Source of the DNA: Geotalea uraniireducens Rf4
GTDB taxonomy: Bacteria; Desulfobacterota; Desulfuromonadia; Geobacterales; Geobacteraceae
Assembly (NCBI RefSeq): GCF_000016745.1
Contig: NC_009483.1
Location: 1,410,001 to 1,442,000 of the forward strand
DNA: 32,000 bases
Reading direction: 5' to 3'
In this document: positions 7,809 to 14,063 of the stretch, one piece after another
How the letters are laid out: each line of letters opens with the position of its first letter
Position numbering within the stretch: position 1 is the stretch's first letter
The notes under the pieces: model-generated
What the model was told of the DNA's origin: nothing
What the model saw: only the letters and a program-made list of their open reading frames with translations
Database searches by the model: none
Made by a program: the position numbers and the translations under genes

Positions 7809-8195
7809 ATGAAAATTGCATTTACGACGAAGTCCGGTGAGATAATCGATCAGCACTTCGGCATGTCGGACAGTTTCCATATCTGGGAAATCGGGCCGGA
7901 CGAGGCCCATTACCTGGAGACGGTCACGGTGGGGATTCACGGCGACGACGAAGAGGACAAGATCAGCGCCCGGGCGGATCTGCTCACGGAGTGTGCCATT
8001 GTCTATACCATGCAGATCGGCGGGCCTGCGGCTGCCAAGCTGGTGGCGCGGAAGATCCATCCCATGAAGACCAATACCGAGGTCCCGGTCGCGGAGATCG
8101 TCGGCAAGCTGCAGGAAGTGCTGAGAGGAACGCCGCCACCCTGGCTACGCAAGGCGATGAACAAGGACCAGGCAACGTCGTTTTTAGAGGATTGA
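7809..8195 (+). CDS. nifX: NifX (FeMo-cofactor precursor carrier), ~128 aa
   Basis: Trimmed from 7773 to the ATG at 7809, which is preceded by AAAAGGAG. MKIAFTTKSGEIIDQHFGMSDSFHIWEI... is the dinitrogenase FeMo-cofactor-binding (NifX/NifB-C) fold pattern. Lies directly after nifEN. Confidence 0.9.
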   Translation: MKIAFTTKSGEIIDQHFGMSDSFHIWEIGPDEAHYLETVTVGIHGDDEEDKISARADLLTECAIVYTMQIGGPAAAKLVARKIHPMKTNTEVPVAEIVGKLQEVLRGTPPPWLRKAMNKDQATSFLED

Positions 8196-8262
8196 TAACC
8201 CCTGCGGGCGACCCAAGGGTACGCCCCTACTAAATACACACCACAATCAGGAGGATAGGAAA

Positions 8263-8526
8263 ATGGCTTACATCACAGGATTGAGAAGAAACAAGACCGA
8301 ATACACCCCCGAGTTCATTAAGACTATCGATGCGGAAACCTGCATCGGCTGCGCCCGCTGCTTCAAGGTCTGCGCCCACGACGTGCTCACCTTCGAAGAG
8401 GTGGACGAGGATGATTCGGCAAAGATGTACATGAAGGTGTCCAACCCGGACAACTGCATCGGCTGTCAGGCCTGCGGCCGGACCTGTTCCAAGAAGTGCT
8501 TTGCTTTTGAGCCGGTAGTGCTTTAA
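8263..8526 (+). CDS. fdxB: nif-specific ferredoxin III type 2x[4Fe-4S] ferredoxin, 87 aa
   Basis: YTPEFIKTIDAETCIGCARCFKVCAHDVL, an acidic insert, then NCIGCQACGRTCSKKC. This spacing and context (after nifX) are typical of nif ferredoxin III. Confidence 0.85.
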   Translation: MAYITGLRRNKTEYTPEFIKTIDAETCIGCARCFKVCAHDVLTFEEVDEDDSAKMYMKVSNPDNCIGCQACGRTCSKKCFAFEPVVL

Positions 8527-8667
8527 AAGGCAGTAAGAAGTAAATCGTGAGTAGTGAGTAGTGAGTAGTGAGTAGTGAGTAGTGAGTAGTAAAACCCAAC
8601 TTTGACGGCTGATTCAGTATTCAACTGCTCACGACTCACTACTTACTATTTACTACTTACGGCTTTT
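8525..8667. repeat. Long asymmetric palindrome built from GTGAGTA heptamers; (GTGAGTA)x6 tandem array at 8547-8588
   Basis: Left arm: AAAAGGCAGTAAGAAGTAAATC followed by six perfect GTGAGTA units. Reverse complement of the right arm: AAAAGCC GTAAGTA GTAAATA GTAAGTA GTGAGTC GTGAGCA. It spans from the fdxB stop to the TAGGAGG RBS of the next gene. Confidence 0.85.
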
Positions 8668-8679
8668 AGGAGGTTCCCC

Positions 8680-9009
8680 ATGCTCATCGCTGTTGCATCA
8701 AAAGACGGCCGGGATATCAATCAGCATTTCGGTCATGCGGAACGGTTTCTCATCTATGACGTGACAGGGAATGATGCGAAGCTGGTGGACGAAAAGAAGG
8801 TGGAACGCTACTGTTCCTACGACCAGGACCACCCGTTGCGCGCCCATCTGCTTACGGCCATCACCGATGCGCTGAAGAACTGTCGAGCCGTGGTCTGCGC
8901 CCAGATCGGCCAGGGACCGCAAATGGAGATGGAGCGTCTCGGGCTTGATACCTTCGTTGCGGACGGGCCGATCAAGCCGACACTGGTGGAATTGGCCAAA
9001 TTACTGTAG
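8680..9009 (+). CDS. Second NifX/NifB-C-terminal-family (dinitrogenase FeMo-cofactor-binding) protein, ~109 aa
   Basis: Trimmed from 8602 to the ATG at 8680 (RBS TAGGAGG). MLIAVASKDGRDINQHFGHAERFLIYDV... has the same fold signature as nifX. Confidence 0.85.
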   Translation: MLIAVASKDGRDINQHFGHAERFLIYDVTGNDAKLVDEKKVERYCSYDQDHPLRAHLLTAITDALKNCRAVVCAQIGQGPQMEMERLGLDTFVADGPIKPTLVELAKLL

Positions 9010-9052
9010 GGGCGAACGGCGTTCGCCCAGGGCGCATGCCATGCACCCCTAC
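9006..9052. repeat. GC-rich compound hairpin bridging the NifX-like stop and the draT RBS
   Basis: The outer stem GTAGGGG...CCCCTAC encloses two hairpins: GGCGAAC-GGC-GTTCGCC and GGGCGCAT-GCC-ATGCACCC. It starts at the TAG stop (9007-9009) and ends 12 nt before GAGG. Confidence 0.6.
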
Positions 9053-9079
9053 CGTTCACACAATGAGGTGATGACCCAC

Positions 9080-9877
9080 ATGCAGAATACTTCCTTCAAC
9101 CACTGCAACCTTCCCCCGTGGGTTATAGCATCGCGTCATTTCAACGACAATCCGCACAACCTGGAGATCCAGGGTGTGCGGGGCGCCAACCGCTTCCTGT
9201 TCGACAAGCTCGATACCATCTCCTCTGCCGAAGAACGTGCCCACATTTTCAACGACTACATGTCGGTGAAGTTCCAGCTCCACCAGTGGGAAAACCAGTC
9301 GACCGCCACGGCGCGCAAAAGCATCAAAAACAGCTACCTCCGTTTCCTCCGCGGTTGGATGATGGATTCCAATTCCATCGAAGGGGCGGTCCTGAAAGGG
9401 TGGGTGGAGAGCCGGATGGGGCTGCCGCCGACCTTCCACAAGCTCCGCATCCCCGGTATCCATTCCGAGGCGTACATGGTGTTTGCCATGGACCGGACCA
9501 AGGGGAGCGCGCGGACCAACGCCATCAATTCCCAACTCGATCTCCTCTATGAATACTGCCAGTACGAGCTGGCACAAAGGCATCCGAATGAGCGCTGGCT
9601 CACACTCTATCGGGGGACCTTCGATGCCAGCGAACATGACGTCCTGGAAACAATCAGCAAGCGGGAACAGATCGTGCGGCTCAACAACCTCTCCTCCTTT
9701 ACCTCCGTTGAGGAGCGGGCCTGGGAGTTCGGCTTCACGGTCTGGGAGGTGCGTGTTCCCCTGACCAAGCTGTTTTTTTATAACGACCTGCTTCCCAACA
9801 GCATCATGAAAGGGGAGGGGGAGTATATGGTCATCGGCGGGGAGTACCACGTCAGGGTGGTGCCCTGTACGCTTTGA
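9080..9877 (+). CDS. draT: NAD+:dinitrogenase-reductase ADP-ribosyltransferase (DraT), ~265 aa
   Basis: Trimmed from 8945; alternative starts at 9041 and 9071. Recognised DraT blocks: NHCNLPPWV, GAVLKGWVESRMGLPPTFH, QLDLLYEYCQYEL, LTLYRG, RLNNLSSFT, GEGEYMVIGG. Last gene of the nifEN string. Confidence 0.85.
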   Translation: MQNTSFNHCNLPPWVIASRHFNDNPHNLEIQGVRGANRFLFDKLDTISSAEERAHIFNDYMSVKFQLHQWENQSTATARKSIKNSYLRFLRGWMMDSNSIEGAVLKGWVESRMGLPPTFHKLRIPGIHSEAYMVFAMDRTKGSARTNAINSQLDLLYEYCQYELAQRHPNERWLTLYRGTFDASEHDVLETISKREQIVRLNNLSSFTSVEERAWEFGFTVWEVRVPLTKLFFYNDLLPNSIMKGEGEYMVIGGEYHVRVVPCTL

Positions 9878-10101
9878 TGAAGAAGTCGCCCTGTTAAGTT
9901 GCCGGGAGAAATCGCGTTGTCGTTAAGTTATTCGACATCCGATGTAAATTATAGTTTGCCCCCCTGAATGGCTGTCAATGACGGTAATCATTCGTTATGA
10001 GCGCCTTCCCTGCCCCTCGGTCCCCCCTCTGAAGTGTCGGATATGTTTACATGCCGTTGGAGAATCATATATTTGTCTAGCGATATCAGCCGGTTATATC
10101 C

Positions 10102-10117
10102 TGGCATGCTGGATGCA
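10102..10117 (+). promoter_or_regulatory. Sigma-54-type promoter upstream of the PEP-CTERM gene
   Basis: TGGCATGCTGGATGCA has GG and GC at canonical spacing. Located 89 nt upstream of the ATG at 10206. Confidence 0.55.
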
Positions 10118-10205
10118 TTTGTGTTCGTTAACGATCGTGTGTCGGCTGTGAAGCTGATACGAATTCAGTTAACGGGTAAATCCGCAGGTGAAGGAGGTAA
10201 AAACA

Positions 10206-10793
10206 ATGAAAAAATCGACTCTGATAGTGGCAATGCTTATGGGCCTGCTGATGATGGGCGTTGGGACCGGTCATGCAATAATGGTCGAGTTTACCCCTGA
10301 AATCAGCAACACCTTTGCGGGGAGTTCCTTCGATATCGACCTCGCCGCAAATATCCAGCCGGGTCAGGCCTTGGCCGGTTGGGGGCTCGACCTTGTTTAT
10401 GATGAAAGATTGCTGGCCCTCAATTTTGCCAACCTTGGGCCGCGTTGGTTGCAACCGTCCGACACGAACGGAGCTGTTTCTTCATCTTCCGGTCCGATTG
10501 TGAGCGGTATTTCCGAAGAGGTCTTATTGTCCTCAGCCAATTTTATCGGTTCGTATGGCAATGGGTCACATATCGACCTCTCGGGGGCGGTTGCATCGAT
10601 GCCTGGAAATGATTTTTTCGATGGTCTTTTCGATGGTCTTTTCGATGATTTTTTCGATAATGACCACGGTCCAGGGAACAACGACGGCGGCGGGCACGAT
10701 AACAATGCACCGGTTCCTGAGCCTGCATCGTTTCTGCTGGTTGGAGCCGGGTTGTTGGGTTTTGCTTTGTTGAGACGCAAACTGAATAAATAA
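10206..10793 (+). CDS. Secreted PEP-CTERM sorting-domain protein, ~195 aa
   Basis: Start taken at the ATG at 10206 (RBS GAAGGAGG). Signal peptide MKKSTLIVAMLMGLLMMGVGTGHA. C-terminal VPEPASFLLVGAGLLGFALLRRK shows PEP motif, TM helix and basic tail. The mid region resembles a cohesin-like beta domain (low confidence). An acidic DFFD/GLFD repeat precedes the anchor. Confidence 0.85.
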   Translation: MKKSTLIVAMLMGLLMMGVGTGHAIMVEFTPEISNTFAGSSFDIDLAANIQPGQALAGWGLDLVYDERLLALNFANLGPRWLQPSDTNGAVSSSSGPIVSGISEEVLLSSANFIGSYGNGSHIDLSGAVASMPGNDFFDGLFDGLFDDFFDNDHGPGNNDGGGHDNNAPVPEPASFLLVGAGLLGFALLRRKLNK

Positions 10794-10833
10794 GATTACA
10801 AGCAAAACTTACAACAAAACAAAAAAAGATGAT

Positions 10834-10872
10834 AAGGCCGTTCAGCGAATGCTGGACGGCCTTATTCATTTT
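10834..10872 (+). terminator. Intrinsic terminator after the PEP-CTERM gene
   Basis: AAGGCCGTTCAGC-GAAT-GCTGGACGGCCTT forms a 13-bp stem with one G-U pair, followed by ATTCATTTT. Confidence 0.7.
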
Positions 10873-11036
10873 GCGACATAAGAAGATCGGGTGAGCATGT
10901 TCACATCGTAAATGAAAAATTGCAGGGATACCTTTCTTGACAAGTACATGAATTCCTGCTTTATTTGTATAAAATATTAGTCTGTTTTAATAAATAAGGG
11001 GCTGCCCCTTATCCTGCTCTGTTCGTGGAGGTTACC

Positions 11037-12575
11037 GTGAAAACAACCAAGCTCAGTACATTAACCCTGGTCATCATGACGTTAGTCATCCTTGTAGTCG
11101 CTGGTTGCAGCGGTAGCGGCGGAAGTGGCAGCGGTGGAACATTGTCCCCGGGTGATAACACGACAAGTTCCGCATTTCTTCTCTATCAGGGGAGTATCGG
11201 CGCAGTGGATCCGGCAAATCCGGCAAGCCCGGTCAGTGTGGAGAGTGGTATAACCAACAAGGTAACGTCTATATTTCACGGCACCTACGATCCGGTCGCG
11301 AGGAAGGTGTCCGATATCCAAACCCGTACGGTTGTCTATGTAAAAGGAGGGCAATTGTTCAAGGTTAGTGCCTTGAAGGGAGCAGCTACACCGATTCCTG
11401 TCCAGCTTACCAATGAAACTTCTGCCGATACCATAGTCGGTACGCCGTCAGCCATCGCAGATTTTGCCGACCACAATAACGCGCAATTCATATACTTGAC
11501 AGCTGGCGGTGCCTGGAAGATGATCAAGGTCGGGATGAGTGCCACTGATACCCCCATACCGGCAAAGCAGCCACTTAAGCATGTTTATGATAAATCAAAC
11601 GGGGCGCTTGCCGGATGGCTCGCCATAGACGGCAGTGCGGTGAAAAGGTTTGATGCGAACTTTAGCGCCGGCAGTGCTGCAACGGTCGCGACTTTTGCCG
11701 ACAAGGCGGAAGCCGTGGGTTTCACCATTGATATCATTTTCCTCAAGATAGATGGCAATCTCTATGCCTATAACACGGCAAACGGAGCCATTTCCAGCGT
11801 GCTGTACACATTCACTGCCACTACTGCCGGTGATTTGAAGGCAACCAGGGATGGCATCAACATGTATTTTGTCGACGGTGGAAAACTGCTGAGCGTTTCC
11901 CTGAGCGGAACTGCACTAGCAGAGCAGATCGGCGCAGAAACCGGCACCATCGTTCAGTTGGCATATACCGACCACAAAGTGGTTTACGTGTTGAATGATG
12001 CCGGGCAGTACAAGATAAGAACGACGGGTAAAAACGGAGTGGTTTCCGGTACGCCTCCTGTTGACCTGGCAACCGCTGCGAACGGCGAAATTTTGATTTT
12101 TATCGGCGCAAAAGGAACCCTTGCCTATTTTGATAGAGTATCCGGAAACGGCGTCACAACGGCAGGAACTATTCGTGAGGACGGAAGCGGCCGGAACGAA
12201 ACGCCCAATGCCTTTTGGGTGGGTGGCTCCTTCCTGAACATATTCGATACGATGTCCGAGGTGATTCCCCAGTATTTCATCAGGGCTGCAGGCATTACGT
12301 CGATTGTGGATTTCAGAGGCGGCCAGTTGGAATCTTTTGACGCCGCGACCGGCAACCGGCTGGCCGTGTTGGGAACCGTTCCCCAGGATATCCATATGGC
12401 AGGAGTTTTTGCCGGTGTCTGCGGCAGCAAGATTCTTCTGGAGGGGAGAACCATAACCAGCTTGGATACGTTTGTCAGTGACGTGTTCTATGCGGATTTG
12501 ACGAAGGGCGGTTCGTTGACGCGGGTTACCAGCACTCCGCTCGTCAGTGAGCATGTCGTTCCGCTGTTCAATTAA
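11037..12575 (+). CDS. Lipoprotein of unknown function with about seven beta-propeller-like repeats, ~512 aa
   Basis: GTG at 11037 lies 5 nt after GGAGG; the track start at 11025 is also GTG. Lipobox LVVAGC is followed by a Gly/Ser linker. Recurrent blade-like motif: VVYVKGGQLFKVS, FIYLTAGGAWKMIKVG, FLKIDGNLYAYNTANG, MYFVDGGKLLSVSLSG, VVYVLNDAGQYKIRTTG, LIFIGAKGTLAYFDRVSG. Confidence 0.8.
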   Translation: MKTTKLSTLTLVIMTLVILVVAGCSGSGGSGSGGTLSPGDNTTSSAFLLYQGSIGAVDPANPASPVSVESGITNKVTSIFHGTYDPVARKVSDIQTRTVVYVKGGQLFKVSALKGAATPIPVQLTNETSADTIVGTPSAIADFADHNNAQFIYLTAGGAWKMIKVGMSATDTPIPAKQPLKHVYDKSNGALAGWLAIDGSAVKRFDANFSAGSAATVATFADKAEAVGFTIDIIFLKIDGNLYAYNTANGAISSVLYTFTATTAGDLKATRDGINMYFVDGGKLLSVSLSGTALAEQIGAETGTIVQLAYTDHKVVYVLNDAGQYKIRTTGKNGVVSGTPPVDLATAANGEILIFIGAKGTLAYFDRVSGNGVTTAGTIREDGSGRNETPNAFWVGGSFLNIFDTMSEVIPQYFIRAAGITSIVDFRGGQLESFDAATGNRLAVLGTVPQDIHMAGVFAGVCGSKILLEGRTITSLDTFVSDVFYADLTKGGSLTRVTSTPLVSEHVVPLFN

Positions 12576-12615
12576 ACCCAGCATTGTCCGGTTAGGTCCT
12601 TGCAATCTGCATTTT

Positions 12616-12706
12616 CCCCCCTCTCCCTAACCCTCTCCTTTAGGCCCGCAATTTGGGTCCACCAGGGGAGAGGGATTACAAGCGCCCCTCCCTTCGATGG
12701 GAGGGG
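12616..12706. repeat. GC-rich CCCTCTCC/GGAGAGGG and CCCCTCCC/GGGAGGGG hairpin pair between convergent genes
   Basis: CCCTCTCC (12631-12638) pairs with GGGGAGAGGG (12665-12674). CCCCTCCC-TTCGAT-GGGAGGGG spans 12685-12706. This region overlaps the 3' end of the draG ORF. Confidence 0.65.
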
Positions 12707-13739
12707 TTGGGGGAGGGTGCCACCGATCTTCCGAAAAACAGGCTGAATGGATCAAGTTCCCCTTCCCCAGCGGCGACAGCGCCACAAGCCCGGCCGCCAG
12801 CGTTGAAACCTCGTTCATGACGTTTTTGTTCATCTTCTTTATCCATTTTCTGGGAATGTTTTCCCGTCCGTAATAGGCCCCCGCGAGCATACCCATGATG
12901 GCGCCGGTGGTATCGGCGTCGCCACCCTGGTTGACCGTACTGACCAGGCACTCCTCGAAATTCCTCCCCCTGAAGAAGTGATGAAAAACCGTTTGCATGG
13001 TGTCCACCACGTAGCCGGTGGCGAGACCTTTGTAAGAATCGAAGCGGAAGTTCGGGTGCTCCGCAACGAGGCTGTCCACCTCCCTGCGCAGGCGAGGCTT
13101 GGAGAATCCGCAGACGGAAAGGTGAATGAGGCGGCCGAGGCAGATGCAGGCAGCGTCGGAGAGCGGGTGATTGTGGGTAATGTGGGCCTGGGCTACCGCA
13201 TGGCGCTGGAGAAGCTCGTCGTCACCCATTGTGCAGAGGGCTGTCGGCAGAAGTCGCATGACTGCGCCGTTACCCGCGTCCCACTGATTGAACGGGGTTT
13301 CCAGCGTCCCCTTCAGCATGTAGTTCCTGATGCCGCGCCGGCAGGTATCCCCCACATCGATCGGCTTCGATTTGAGCCATGAGGCGAAATTTTCCGCAAT
13401 CCCCCGCAGCGACATTTCCCCGGCGGAAACGATGGCCCTGGCGACGCAGAGGGACATCTCGGTGTCATCGGTCACGTTGCCCGCCTTGATCCGCAGCCAG
13501 CCCCCACCGACGATCTCGTCCAGCGTGCCGTACTTTGTCTTGATCTCACCAGCGGTCATGAACTCTACCGGCGCGCCGAGGGCATCGCCGACTGCAAGGC
13601 CGATGAAAGCGGCCTCGGCACGGGAAATTATTTCATTTATGTCGAAGGGTGCATGCACGATCGGACTATCCTCTGCCGGTAAGGGATGCAATAAGCAATC
13701 CTCATTCGTTAGAGGCCGGTAATACCGGCTTGAAGGCAA
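12627..13739 (-). CDS. draG: ADP-ribosyl-[dinitrogenase reductase] glycohydrolase (DraG, ADP-ribosylglycohydrolase family), 370 aa as read
   Basis: ARH-family motifs: FIGLAVGDALGAPVEF, GNVTDDTEMSLCVARAI, GNGAVMRLLP, GGDADTTGAIMGMLAGAYYG. nif context and a draT gene nearby. The terminal ~35 codons are encoded by the GC-rich repeat and are probably not ancestral. Confidence 0.85.
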   Translation of the reverse strand: MPSSRYYRPLTNEDCLLHPLPAEDSPIVHAPFDINEIISRAEAAFIGLAVGDALGAPVEFMTAGEIKTKYGTLDEIVGGGWLRIKAGNVTDDTEMSLCVARAIVSAGEMSLRGIAENFASWLKSKPIDVGDTCRRGIRNYMLKGTLETPFNQWDAGNGAVMRLLPTALCTMGDDELLQRHAVAQAHITHNHPLSDAACICLGRLIHLSVCGFSKPRLRREVDSLVAEHPNFRFDSYKGLATGYVVDTMQTVFHHFFRGRNFEECLVSTVNQGGDADTTGAIMGMLAGAYYGRENIPRKWIKKMNKNVMNEVSTLAAGLVALSPLGKGNLIHSACFSEDRWHPPPTPPIEGRGACNPSPLVDPNCGPKGEG

Positions 13740-13766
13740 AAGGTCGCTTTTCCTTTCCTTCGGTGT

Positions 13767-13802
13767 TGCCTAAATATTAATCATTTTCCGCTAAATTAGG
13801 CA
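13767..13802. promoter_or_regulatory. Inverted repeat TGCCTAA-N22-TTAGGCA, candidate activator site upstream of nifB
   Basis: 7-bp perfect arms at 13767-13773 and 13796-13802, located 75-110 nt upstream of the -24 element. The half-site is shared with the nifEN palindrome. Confidence 0.3.
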
Positions 13803-13876
13803 TGGCAGAGGAGCCCGTTCTGAAGAATAACCGCGGAACTTGGCTATATATAAGGGTATTTGTGCTAATGAAATTC

Positions 13877-13892
13877 TGGCACGCTTAATGCC
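13877..13892 (+). promoter_or_regulatory. Sigma-54 (-24/-12) promoter of nifB
   Basis: TGGCACGCTTAATGCC has GG and GC at canonical spacing. Located about 172 nt upstream of the nifB ATG. Confidence 0.7.
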
Positions 13893-13940
13893 ATAAGTAG
13901 TAGCAACGGATACGATGGCGTATCCCGGAAAAGGCAACGG

Positions 13941-13977
13941 AGCCCGGCGGAAGATGTTTTCTGTCGGGCTTTTTTTA
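13941..13977 (+). terminator. Intrinsic terminator inside the nifB 5' leader (attenuator)
   Basis: AGCCCGGC (13941-13948) pairs with GTCGGGCT (13963-13970), including one G-U pair, followed by TTTTTTATT. Confidence 0.65.
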
Positions 13978-14063
13978 TTCGGCAAGGGCGCTGACAGTAA
14001 GGGTCAGCGTCTTTTTCTTTATGCCGGCAACCCAAAAGTATCCCGGCCGAAAGGAGAGCTATT

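Noticed and set aside
8547-8590. Could the GTGAGTA array, or the GTTCTAN array at 20804, be a CRISPR or other spacer-repeat locus?
   Set aside because: The units are 7 nt and directly adjacent with no spacers. They form one arm of a palindrome, and no cas genes are present.
9080-13739. DraT/DraG interpreted as a DarT/DarG-like ADP-ribosylating toxin-antitoxin or defence pair
   Set aside because: The sequence blocks are those of nitrogenase-specific DraT and of ARH-type DraG, not a macrodomain. The genes are embedded in a nif cluster, and they are neither adjacent nor co-oriented.
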